From Flavobacteriaceae bacterium (GTDB lineage Bacteria; Bacteroidota; Bacteroidia; Flavobacteriales; Flavobacteriaceae), in assembly GCA_965224465.1 (NCBI GenBank), contig OZ245049.1:600001-632000 (forward strand): a stretch of DNA of 32,000 nt, written 5' to 3'. This document shows, piece after piece, positions 8,333 through 17,190 of this stretch; within the stretch, counting starts at the first letter, position 1; every line of letters begins with the position of its first letter. The notes under the pieces were generated by a model. The model made no database searches. It was not told the DNA's origin and saw only the letters and a program-made list of their open reading frames with translations. Both the position numbers and the translations under genes were made by a program.

Positions 8333-9351
8333 TAGTTCGTTTTTCTTTTGTCGTTGAGAATAGAATCCAATAAATCTGGACTAATATTTAAATTACCAAT
8401 TTTTTCTGCATTGCCTGCTAATTCTCTAAATGCAAGTGATATGTTAAATCTTGGGTCAGAATTATTATTTAAAGCTGTTAAAATTTTCCAATCCATATCT
8501 CGATATGGTTTTAGAGTTGTTTCTAAAACATATCCTTTTGTTTCTGCCTCTTTTTTGTCGTTTTCTGTTTTTTGTTCAATAAGTGATTTACGTTGGTTTT
8601 CAACTGAAATATCAGCTTCCAATTGCATTTCCCTCAATTTTCTTTGGTTATCTGCCTTTTGAACATCAGATTCCATTTTCTTTTCGGCAATTTGCTTTTG
8701 TTTTTCTTCAACTGCAATTTCTGTATTCAGTTCTGATTCCTTAATTATTCGTTCTTGTTCAACTGCAAAATTTCGTCTTTCGTAAACAGCCAAGTCAGCT
8801 TCTTGTTGCAATTTTTCACGCGTTTCAGTTTCCAATGCTCTTGCCATTTCAGGAGTTGCTTGAATTGCAAGGATATTTGCCCCAAGAATCTCAATACCTA
8901 GCATTCCAATTGCAATAGAAGATTTTAGTCCTTCTGTAATGTTTTCATCGATTGCTTTTGCAGAACGAATAGCTTCTTTTAACTTTATACTGTGTATATA
9001 TGCAGAAGTTGCAGTTTGTGCTTCATTGATAATTCTTTGATTTAATTTTTCAATGTCATTTTTCTTGTATTGTCCATTATCCTGAACCGTAAAATCTAAA
9101 ATATCAGCTAGAGTTTTCGGATTATTTATTTTATAGCTAATTTGTCCTTGAATTGTTACCGTTTGATAGTCATTTGTAGATTCATTAAAAACAAAAGGCA
9201 GGTCATTACTTCCCATTGGAATTGCTGCTATTGAACTATTAGGTGCAAAATAGAAAAAAGAAAGCCCTCTTCCTTCACGTTTTATATTCCCGTTTTTAAA
9301 ATGAAGAACATAAGTCATTGAGTCAAATTTTATGTGTTTTATTCCAAACAT
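8332..9351 (-). CDS. SPFH/Band-7 (flotillin-like) domain protein with a central coiled-coil
   Basis: 339-aa ORF. The N-terminal beta-rich SPFH-like region is followed by an E/K/Q/A-rich segment (EMARALETETREKLQQEADLAVYERRNFAVEQERIIKESELNTEIAVEEKQKQIAEKK...), as in flotillin/YqiK-type proteins. Confidence 0.7.
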   Translation of the reverse strand: MFGIKHIKFDSMTYVLHFKNGNIKREGRGLSFFYFAPNSSIAAIPMGSNDLPFVFNESTNDYQTVTIQGQISYKINNPKTLADILDFTVQDNGQYKKNDIEKLNQRIINEAQTATSAYIHSIKLKEAIRSAKAIDENITEGLKSSIAIGMLGIEILGANILAIQATPEMARALETETREKLQQEADLAVYERRNFAVEQERIIKESELNTEIAVEEKQKQIAEKKMESDVQKADNQRKLREMQLEADISVENQRKSLIEQKTENDKKEAETKGYVLETTLKPYRDMDWKILTALNNNSDPRFNISLAFRELAGNAEKIGNLNISPDLLDSILNDKRKTN

Positions 9352-9376
9352 GTTTTTTCAGTATTATAGTTGTTAC

Positions 9377-9537
9377 ACCAAATACATTTCCAAGTGACAG
9401 TTTATAAATGGAATTATTTTTTGTTTTAGATAGGCAAAAAATGAATGGATAGCCTTAGCTATCGTTCTGTTTCTCAACAATGCTAGAACGTAAAACAAAC
9501 CATTTACAGAGTCATTTTGGATTGTAATTGGCATTAT
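9377..9537 (+). repeat. Rep-A full-length copy
   Basis: caccaaatacatttccaagtgacag...ggatagccttagctatcgttctgtttctcaacaatgctagaacg...cattttggattgtaattggcattatt. Internal hairpins are GATAGC-cTTA-GCTATC and an imperfect CGTTCTg...cTAGAACG (7 bp and perfect in copy 21706-21862). Confidence 0.9.
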
Positions 9538-9640
9538 TAAAACTTAGGTTTGATGCCATACAACATAGCGCTACACGCTGTTCGTAATTTTAAATAATAT
9601 GCTTTATCTATTCAATTTTAAATCCCTATATCCGTTATAC

Positions 9641-9895
9641 AGCATCCTTCAAATATACAAAACAAGCCCGTTACGCAATCTAACCTTTCAATTATTTTTT
9701 TGTAAAATTTCCAATCATTATCCTCTCTGTTTTAGAACCTATACAATTACACATATTCTTATCCTAAACATGCGGTTTTAAAAGTCTAAAATCAGGTAGT
9801 TTTTACGGAGAAAATCAACAAGGATTAAGAAGTTTTCAGGTATTTATTAGCTGATTACAATTATTATTGGGACATGTTTAGACACCTAAAGAAAA
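9641..9895 (+). repeat. Rep-C copy 1 (~250 nt), containing a ~119-nt core bounded by 9-bp inverted repeats CTAAACATG/CATGTTTAG (9764-9881)
   Basis: Collinear with 13815-14070. Both landmark spacings are identical in the two copies: 120 nt from CAAAYATACAAAAC to CCTAAAC, and 119 nt from CCTAAAC to CATGTTTAG. Confidence 0.75.
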
Positions 9896-9965
9896 TAACA
9901 CAGTGCACTCTACAGTTAAATTTTAGTTATAAATTTTAAAATCACAGTACTAAAACACTCCTGTA

Positions 9966-9993
9966 TTGTGTTTTGGATTATGTTGGTAATAAC
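9966..9993 (+). repeat. Rep-A terminal fragment
   Basis: ttgtgttttggattatgttggtaataac resembles the TTTTGGATTGTAATTGGTATTAT terminus. It directly abuts the next full copy. Confidence 0.5.
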
Positions 9994-10150
9994 ATCAACT
10001 AAATTTCCAAGTGACAATTTAGAAATGGAATTATTTTTTATTTTAGCTAGGTAAAAAAATCTAAGGATAGCCTTCTATCGTTCTGTTTTTTAACAACGCT
10101 AGAACGTAAAACAAACTATTTATATCGATCGTTTAGGATTTAAATTACAA
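9994..10150 (+). repeat. Rep-A full-length copy
   Basis: aaatttccaagtgacaatttagaaatggaattattttttattttagctaggtaaaaaaatctaaggatagcc...aacgctagaacgtaaaacaaactatttatatcgatcgtttaggatttaaattacaag. Confidence 0.9.
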
Positions 10151-10151
10151 G

Positions 10152-10226
10152 TCCCCTACTAACATCTTTTTGAGCCAGCATCGACTACCGTATTTTCATG
10201 CTTGGCGCTACCATTACACGAACGCT
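10152..10226 (-). repeat. Rep-B 5' fragment, inverted
   Basis: The reverse complement gttcgtgtaatggtagcgccaagcatgaaaatacggtagtcgatgctggctcaaaaagatgttagtagggga aligns with gttcgtgcgatgcatagcgcccatcataaacatcctgttgactataccggctcaaaagatgatgctataggga (425-497). Confidence 0.65.
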
Positions 10227-10259
10227 CCTCTGTTTACATTCAATATTACTTTAATAAGG

Positions 10260-11318
10260 TTACATATATTTCTTAGTTATATAAGAAGAGGTCATGACTG
10301 CGAGTAATGCTCCATAATTTAGATTAAATCTCACCTCATCTCCTACCTTTAATTCTTTGTTTTCACAATCAATGATAACATGATCACTGGTTGCTCCAAG
10401 AATTTCAATATCTAATATAGGAGTCATTCCTGAGACTAAAACATCTTGCAATCCAATACCTAATATTGCTCTTCTAATTAAACCTCGATTTTTAAATTTC
10501 GGTATATTTCCAAATGCATCTTTATGAATCGTTCCGTAAGGTACAGATGGTTTTATTTTTGATTCGATAACCTCTGTAACTAGTATAAATGCGTCTGTAA
10601 ACAACTCAGGAATAGGTTTACTGCACAGTGTTTCGCAACCCATAAATACAGATTCTCCTATTCGTAAATTATTGATTTCCCCAACATCCTTGGTAGACAT
10701 AAACCAATTGTAATTAGCTGAATTGCCACCGGAGACTACTTCTAATCTAAGGTTAAATTTCTCTCGGATATCTTTGACAATTAAAGATAATTGTTCCATT
10801 TTTTCATCATTAGGCTCGACTCCTCCAAAACAAGTTAAATTTGTTCCAATACCTATGATTTCAATCCCTTGCATTGCTATTATTTCCTTAACGGCATCTT
10901 CTATATCCGACGGCATTATTCCTTCCCTTAAATCACCAAGTTCAACCATCAATATAATTTTATGTATCCTATTATATTTTCTGGCATATTTAGATAATTC
11001 TTTGATCACAGTAATTTCAGAATTGAGACTAATGTCTACATACTTTACTACTAATTCCGTTTGACTTAATGGAGGCGTTCTTAATAAAACTAATTGAGAA
11101 TGTATTTTAGCATTATATATTTTTATAAGATTAGTTATTCTTGAATCGGCAAGTGTTTTTATTCCACTTTCTATTAAAACTTTGGATATTTCAATAGCTC
11201 CACTAACTACTTTTGTGCTACACATTATATCGATTCCTTTTGAACGGTAAAGGTTCTTTAAAACGCTTGCATTATGTGCAATTTTATCAAGGTTAATTTC
11301 TATTCTTGGGGTAATCAT
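10260..11318 (-). CDS. PLP-dependent amino-acid racemase of the alanine/ornithine racemase (YhfX/Orr-like) family
   Basis: 352-aa ORF with N-terminal alanine-racemase TIM-barrel signatures (INLDKIAHNASVL...STKVV with the candidate PLP lysine; ILMVELGDLREG). Its ATG overlaps the stop of the upstream DUF1611 gene (ATGA). Confidence 0.75.
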   Translation of the reverse strand: MITPRIEINLDKIAHNASVLKNLYRSKGIDIMCSTKVVSGAIEISKVLIESGIKTLADSRITNLIKIYNAKIHSQLVLLRTPPLSQTELVVKYVDISLNSEITVIKELSKYARKYNRIHKIILMVELGDLREGIMPSDIEDAVKEIIAMQGIEIIGIGTNLTCFGGVEPNDEKMEQLSLIVKDIREKFNLRLEVVSGGNSANYNWFMSTKDVGEINNLRIGESVFMGCETLCSKPIPELFTDAFILVTEVIESKIKPSVPYGTIHKDAFGNIPKFKNRGLIRRAILGIGLQDVLVSGMTPILDIEILGATSDHVIIDCENKELKVGDEVRFNLNYGALLAVMTSSYITKKYM

Positions 11319-12394
11319 ATAACACAGCCTTCTTTTTGAAGTGTTGGAAATACCTCAACTATTTTTTCAACCAATTTATCGGTTCCATATTTTAAAACAT
11401 CCGTAGTTGGTAATGCATATTTACTTTCATATGCTACTATAGTATTTTCAAGTTCTTGGTCTGTCATATCTTCATGATTAAGTGTAATGGCAATTACTTT
11501 TGATTTTGAAAACAATTCATTCAGCTTAATTTCACTTTCTAATGTTGGCATTGGGTTGTTAGGATAATCACAGTGATATTTTCTTTTGGGTGGATGTTGC
11601 ATAATAATAGCATTAGGCATTGCCCCTCTAAGAATTGCACTTGACGATGTAAACGCTGGATGACTCAATGCTCCCTGACCTTCAACTATAATTATATCTG
11701 GCTGTTCTGTAGCAACTGCATTTAAAATTGCATTTTCAACTTCTCCCGTGGCAAAACCAGAAGTTAGAACATCTAAAGCAATACCATATTTTGCACCTTG
11801 GAGTAATCCTGTTTGTCCAGTAGTAACAAAAACTGTTTTTAAACCTTGTTTTTTCAAAGATTCAACTAGTAATCGGGCAGTTGTTCTTTTCCCTACGGCA
11901 CAATCTGTTCCTGCTACAACTATTACTGGGGTTTTGATTTCTGAAATACGTCCCGTAAATATATGGAGCTTATCTCTTGGTGGAGCTTTCCTAATATCAT
12001 AAATTCGGACACCATATTCAGTTGCTTTTTGAATAAATTCATCGTCTTCAGTAAAATATTCTGGAAGACCATTTATAATATTCATCTTATTTTTAATAGC
12101 ACTTACAATTATCTGTCTTTGTTCTTTATTAAGATATGATGTTAGAGGTGCAATACCATAAATAAAATTTTCAGGAGCATCCTTCAACGTATTTAAAGCA
12201 GCTTCAATACTTTTAAATATTGGAATATGGTTCTTAATTCCATCAAGATACTCACCTGCATCCAATCCTGCTTTTGTACTATCTATAATGCCAACAATAT
12301 CATACTTTTCAGAATATCTAGCTAAACCATTAGCTACTTTTCCATCTATCTTTCCAAACTCATTTTCACTATAAACTAAAGATTTTTCTCTCAT
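11315..12394 (-). CDS. DUF1611 family protein (DgcN-like, P-loop-type GTDCAVGK motif)
   Basis: 359-aa ORF. GKVANGLARYSEKYDIVGIIDS...VVAGTDCAVGKRTT...IIVEGQGALSHPAF match my recollection of the conserved blocks of DUF1611. Confidence 0.7.
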   Translation of the reverse strand: MREKSLVYSENEFGKIDGKVANGLARYSEKYDIVGIIDSTKAGLDAGEYLDGIKNHIPIFKSIEAALNTLKDAPENFIYGIAPLTSYLNKEQRQIIVSAIKNKMNIINGLPEYFTEDDEFIQKATEYGVRIYDIRKAPPRDKLHIFTGRISEIKTPVIVVAGTDCAVGKRTTARLLVESLKKQGLKTVFVTTGQTGLLQGAKYGIALDVLTSGFATGEVENAILNAVATEQPDIIIVEGQGALSHPAFTSSSAILRGAMPNAIIMQHPPKRKYHCDYPNNPMPTLESEIKLNELFSKSKVIAITLNHEDMTDQELENTIVAYESKYALPTTDVLKYGTDKLVEKIVEVFPTLQKEGCVI

Positions 12395-13134
12395 TTTTTA
12401 CTTTTATATTTTAATTTAATTAATGTCAATTACAAACCAACTAACGTTGAATTATTTCGCACATAACACAATGGTTAATAACAACAACTGAAGGGACCTA
12501 TTGATATTCGCTGATGTTAGGAATCAGTACCTTGATTTTATTATTCATTCTAATCTATATCTAAACATATATATTTAAAAAGAACTATAACACTAGAAAA
12601 GAACCAATTAATCGAAGGTCAGCTCATTACAACATCTAATTCTATTTGATCTTTATTCAGAAATAAACGCAATCTAATTCAGACAGAGAAAAAAGACCTT
12701 TCATACAGATTATCAATAATTAACTTGATTCTGCGAAAAATAATTCAATCCATTACAATCAGTATAAACACTGCAAATTTATCCGCAACAGCTCCTTAGT
12801 TTTGTTACGAAATTTAATTTCTTTTCTTGTATTATGTTATTATATCCGAACGGATATTTGTATGATTAGTAGAGTAGTAAAAGTACTACCTTTTTAGTTA
12901 AATACTAAACTTAATTTTAAAAATTTAACTTTAGTTTCGCCACAAAAAACAGTTAACATAGCGTGCCTAGATCTAATAAAATTTCTTGTGATTAAAAGCC
13001 CTAATACAGAAATAGTTGCCCTTTATATTATAAATTTCAGATTCGTTTAATATTTCTTGATGTATCTATCTCGTATCTAATGTTCTCAAAATATATTTTA
13101 AAGAAACATGCAGTCTTATCTGTTTTTTTTGTAA

Positions 13135-13180
13135 AAGTCCTTTAAATATACAAAACAACAATATTACGTACACGAACCTT
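13135..13180 (+). repeat. Rep-C 5' fragment
   Basis: agtcctttaaatatacaaaacaacaatattacgtacacgaacc aligns with gcatccttcaaatatacaaaacaagcccgttacgcaatctaacc (9642-9685). A Rep-A copy follows immediately. Confidence 0.55.
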
Positions 13181-13185
13181 TTAGA

Positions 13186-13258
13186 CCAATTACAATCCAA
13201 AATAATCGATATAAATAGCTTATTTCTAAAACGTCACTAGGAAATGTATTTGGTATTA
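13186..13258 (-). repeat. Rep-A short form (two arms only, ~73 nt)
   Basis: ccaattacaatccaaaataatcgatataaatagcttatttctaaaacgtcactaggaaatgtatttggtatta has both conserved arms and lacks the central ~80 nt. Confidence 0.85.
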
Positions 13259-13391
13259 CCTACAGTTACATTAAAAAAAGCGAAAACAATCGTAATTATT
13301 TTCGCTATTTATCATTTCAATAAGATGTAAAAACTTAAAAAGCTACACTTAAAACATAGCTGTTTTAATTCGTTTTCTACAATGCACCCCT

Positions 13392-13715
13392 TTAAGGATT
13401 TACCGAAATCTTCTTTTTTATCTTAACTTTAATAGTTTGCGTGGTGATTATTCCTCCTGTCACCCCTCCAATTATAAGATCTACAAGATTATACCGCGTA
13501 ATTACCATACAATTACCATCCCCTGGAGTATTCACATTTGTTCTTCCTAAAGGTAGAATCCCCCAAAAAAGCCAAATCTGCTTCCCTTTAGAGTATTTGT
13601 GATTAACACCTTCCATTTCCATATATTTACCAACACTCGTTTTGGTAGTCATACAAGAAGACATTAATACAGAAAATAGAATTACTAGTACAAATAGGTT
13701 TGTATTAATTTTCAT
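13392..13715 (-). CDS. Bor-family small lipoprotein
   Basis: 107-aa ORF with a lipoprotein signal peptide and lipobox (VLMSSC). The conserved core KQIWLFWGILPLG...D resembles Bor/Iss-type lipoproteins. Confidence 0.65.
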   Translation of the reverse strand: MKINTNLFVLVILFSVLMSSCMTTKTSVGKYMEMEGVNHKYSKGKQIWLFWGILPLGRTNVNTPGDGNCMVITRYNLVDLIIGGVTGGIITTQTIKVKIKKKISVNP

Positions 13716-13814
13716 TTTAATAATTATTAGATTATTGTTTTAAATTTTTTATCATGATATCAGATCGATAAAATAACCAGTCCTTTTTCTTTTATCATCT
13801 TCATACCTTGATTT

Positions 13815-14070
13815 TAGAGACCACAAACATACAAAACTGACACGTATCGCATACTAACATTATTGTCTTTTTTTATTAAAAACATTAGGGAATAACTCTT
13901 GTTTATTAAAACCCCAAGAACAGCAATAGTTCTTATCCTAAACGTGGTTTCTCCAAAGTTTAAAGGCACGTGTTTTTTACGAGGAAAATCTAAGTGGATT
14001 TAGAAATTTTTAGGTATTTATGAGCTGATTACAATTATTTTTGGGACATGTTTAGATGCATAAAGGAAAT
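13815..14070 (+). repeat. Rep-C copy 2, core bounded by CTAAACGTG/CATGTTTAG (13938-14055)
   Basis: Collinear with 9641-9895 at roughly 65-75% identity by eye. The shared block is aggtatttatKagctgattacaattattWttgggacatgtttaga. Confidence 0.75.
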
Positions 14071-14532
14071 GAATTGAATTTTTATCAAAGTAAAAACACC
14101 GCTTATTTAAGACAGATATTTTTGGAAACAGTATAAACACAGAAACATTTACATTCACTATATCTCAAAGCAAATTATATTGGTTCCAGCAATAAATATA
14201 AATTAAGGAGGATTCACTCCTACGTTCTTTCGCTATTAAAAGAACATACGAATATTGCACCGATCCTTTCAGCAGATGCACCAATTTTAAATCATTTCTT
14301 TAGTGCTGCCTATCAAAGGGTACACAGCACTTATTCTTGTAAAACATATGTGGCTTATCTTGAAAACAGCATCTATTTACCGCAGCTTTAAATACTGATT
14401 ATTGCACAGTTCAAACGTTTATAAATAGTAGCGCATTGTTTTAATCAGTTACAAACTCACAAACGATAGATTAACCAGTAACCACTTAGTAATTACAAGA
14501 ATTATTGTGAAAAATCACCTTTATTAATTGTT

Positions 14533-15141
14533 TTACGCACTACAATCACTTGACACCCTATCCAATATTGTTAAATACCATTTTTTATTTACTAAAGTCA
14601 AATAGAAAATAAGCTCCCCTTTCTCATTATCTGATAATACAATTCTTCTGCTGTACTTTTCTAATTGTTTAAAAGCATTAATTTCAACATCTGAAATGCC
14701 TTTTTCTCCAGCATAATTTTTTAAATTAATTGCTGTTCTTGAGAGTAAATCGCTTCTTTTTGTTGTATCACAATAAAGTCCATTCTTACTCCAATTCATT
14801 GTTCCGCAATCAAATGTTGGAAGACTTTCAAAAACTAATTTAAAAGATGTTTGAAAAGAACTATACGGTAAATAACTAGGTATTGGGTTTGTGAAATCTA
14901 TGTTGTTTATTTTGATATACCTGTCCATTGAACCTGGTCTAAAAAGAATAATTAAGCCTTTGTCTCTTAAAATTAACTTATTCAACGCGATTTCGTCATT
15001 TTCTTCAAATGCTTTAATAACTTTAAAGATGGTTTTTTCAAGTCCATTATTAGTAGTTTTAAGTGCTGTTTTCTGAAATGAAAACAACATTCCAGCGATA
15101 ACAAATAATGGAATTAAAAATAGATGTTTTACTTTATTCAT
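14533..15141 (-). CDS. Hypothetical secreted protein
   Basis: 202-aa ORF with an N-terminal signal-like helix (HLFLIPLFVIAGMLFSF). I recognise no family. Confidence 0.6.
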   Translation of the reverse strand: MNKVKHLFLIPLFVIAGMLFSFQKTALKTTNNGLEKTIFKVIKAFEENDEIALNKLILRDKGLIILFRPGSMDRYIKINNIDFTNPIPSYLPYSSFQTSFKLVFESLPTFDCGTMNWSKNGLYCDTTKRSDLLSRTAINLKNYAGEKGISDVEINAFKQLEKYSRRIVLSDNEKGELIFYLTLVNKKWYLTILDRVSSDCSA

Positions 15142-15236
15142 GAGTTTTTTTTATTCAAAGACCAAATTAATAGGCTTGGTGGGTTAATTAAATATAGTGG
15201 ATTCTTGACCCAAGAATCAACAGTTTCGCCCCAAGT

Positions 15237-15399
15237 GTACGAGCTATGCTTTTGAAAGACTATTTTCTATTTCGATAGCCTAGGAGAAGCAAGCCCCTCA
15301 ATAAGGATTTAACACCAATTACAATCCAAAACAACCGATATAAATAGTTTGTTTTACGTTCTCGTCTTGTTAAAAAGCAGAACGATAGAAGGCGCTATC
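15237..15399 (-). repeat. Rep-A partial copy plus conserved leader extension
   Basis: The core is caccaattacaatccaaaacaaccgatataaatagtttgttttacgttctcgtcttgttaaaaagcagaacgatagaaggcgctatc. The extension 15237-15312 is homologous to 16796-16852 and, with a ~33-nt deletion, to the leader at 794-886. Confidence 0.75.
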
Positions 15400-15441
15400 A
15401 CATTGATAAAAAATCCGTGTGATCGGGGAATGAATGTTGTC

Positions 15442-16488
15442 TTATTCATAAATCACATTGTCTAATTTCACTTCTTTAATATTTTTTAAACAACCTTTTA
15501 AGGAACTTAAATCACCTTTTAAATCATACCTTTTTCCATTTACTTTAACAATTACGCCTATTTTATCTAGGTTCCCAAGCTTCCTTATTTCATAAATTTC
15601 GTACGTGGCATTTTTATTTTCAAAGATTAGTCTATCTTCTTTTTTGTTGATTTTAAAATCGGGGTTCTTATAAACTGATTCTATTGGATACGAAAACTCA
15701 ACTGTTTGGTCAGACGCCATAAAAGTATAATTAAGTATCCTGTTGTTGATATTAAATACACTAACTTTCTTTTGGTTCTTAACAAGTTTAAATGAAAATA
15801 ATTCTGTAATACCTTCTTGCTGCAGGTCAATTGTTTTTTCTGTTTTTATACGCTTCTTATTCCCCTCCCACTCCGTTATGGTTCTAGTCAGAAAAGGAAA
15901 ATCATAAGCTTCTTCAATAACTAAAACAGGTGTAGGAATGTTGTCAATCACTTTAAATTCTGAAAACTGATGCCAACAACATCCACTTTTCGTCATGGTA
16001 TGAATCGTCTTTGTATCAGTATCTATTTGAAACATCCCACAGTATTGTTGAGCCAATTGAGTGAATGCAGGACTGTGCTTTAAACCATCTCCATTTTCAA
16101 GATATATTTGAAAAGAGGGCCCGTGATAACAACTGTATTGCCCATCCATTATCGCTAAATCCTTTTTACCATCAAAATTGAAATCCTCATAGATTAATAC
16201 ACTCTGCTCCCCGTATGGTAATTCTAAAACATTGGTCTTAACAGCTCCTTTTTTGTCTAGTTCAAAGATCAATTCATCAGCGTTAATTTCTATAATTTGT
16301 TTGTTCGTATTCGTTTTAATAATTGAAATTTTTCCTTTCTTAAAAACTTCATTTTCAAAGCCTTCTTCAATAGTTAAAATTCCCATATACTTTTCGGAGA
16401 ATCCTTTAATTTTATATTCAGTCTGACCAAATACATTGGTAGAAATAAATCCATTTAAAAGGAATAAAAATAATTTCATTTTTTGCAT
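15442..16488 (-). CDS. Hypothetical secreted protein with an FG-GAP/VCBS-like DFNFDGKKD motif (possibly XAC2610-type immunity-like)
   Basis: 348-aa ORF with a signal peptide (MKLFLFLLNGFISTNVFGQ; the start could be 16479). The motif is YEDFNFDGKKDLAIMDG. The family assignment is tentative and from memory. Confidence 0.6.
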   Translation of the reverse strand: MQKMKLFLFLLNGFISTNVFGQTEYKIKGFSEKYMGILTIEEGFENEVFKKGKISIIKTNTNKQIIEINADELIFELDKKGAVKTNVLELPYGEQSVLIYEDFNFDGKKDLAIMDGQYSCYHGPSFQIYLENGDGLKHSPAFTQLAQQYCGMFQIDTDTKTIHTMTKSGCCWHQFSEFKVIDNIPTPVLVIEEAYDFPFLTRTITEWEGNKKRIKTEKTIDLQQEGITELFSFKLVKNQKKVSVFNINNRILNYTFMASDQTVEFSYPIESVYKNPDFKINKKEDRLIFENKNATYEIYEIRKLGNLDKIGVIVKVNGKRYDLKGDLSSLKGCLKNIKEVKLDNVIYE

Positions 16489-16575
16489 TTTTATTTTTTC
16501 TTACAACTTTTTTTAAAGAAATTGCAAGATGGTTTAAGCATAACAACCTATTTACTAGAACTATACATCAACTAA

Positions 16576-16680
16576 AACCTAAAACAACCGATATAAATAG
16601 TTTATTTTTAAACCCTCACTTGGAAATTTAATTGGTATAACAAAAAATAATTCCATTTCTAAACCTACACTTAAAAATGT
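16576..16680 (-). repeat. Rep-A short form followed by an extra distal-arm copy
   Basis: aacctaaaacaaccgatataaatagtttatttttaaaccctcacttggaaatttaattggtataac, then aaaaaataattccatttctaaacctacacttaaaaatgt. Confidence 0.7.
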
Positions 16681-16795
16681 TTTTGCTAGTAGACAAATAT
16701 ACTGCTTTTATGCTTGTTTTTATTGTAAACATAAGAATCTAGCAAGATACGTAAACAGTCGTCCTTTAATAAAACCAACAGCTTCACTACAAAGG

Positions 16796-16960
16796 CACGA
16801 GGCATGCTTTAGAAATACTATTTTCTATCTTGAGACATCGCCTAGGGAAACTATAATTACAACCCAAAACGACCGATATAAATAGTTTATTTTACGCTCT
16901 AGCGTTGTTAAAGAACAGAACTACAGCTAAGGCTATACTTAGATTTTTGCCTAGCTAAAA
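16796..16960 (-). repeat. Rep-A copy (distal arm missing) plus leader extension
   Basis: cacgaggcatgctttagaaatactattttctatcttgagacatcgcctagggaaactataattacaacccaaaacgaccgatataaatagtttattttacgctctagcgttgttaaagaacagaactacagctaaggctatacttagatttttgcctagct. Confidence 0.8.
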
Positions 16961-17190
16961 AAAACTCAGTATCAAGTACTATTTATACGCAATTTGGTCA
17001 ATCTTAATACACAATTGACTCAAATACACATCACTAGAGTATAAAACAGTAGGACTCGCGTTTTTCTTATGCGTTATCTAACACATAAGAACATCCAATT
17101 TAGCGCTATAAAAACAGTCGCTTAAACTTGGGTGGATGTTTTTAAGGAGACATTGATGTATGGCAGTAAATACAAGTCTATTTTTAGTAC

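Noticed and set aside
9599-9781. 60-aa ORF inside Rep-C; similarly 18700-18957(+) and 21107-21439(+)
   Set aside because: The frame is not conserved in the paralogous Rep-C copy (13815-14070). The other two run through Rep-A copies or overlap better-supported genes on the opposite strand.
12871-12896. Possible terminator hairpin GTAGTA-aaag-TACTAC followed by CTTTTT
   Set aside because: The stem is weak, at 6 bp and AT-rich. There is no upstream gene on the + strand to terminate.
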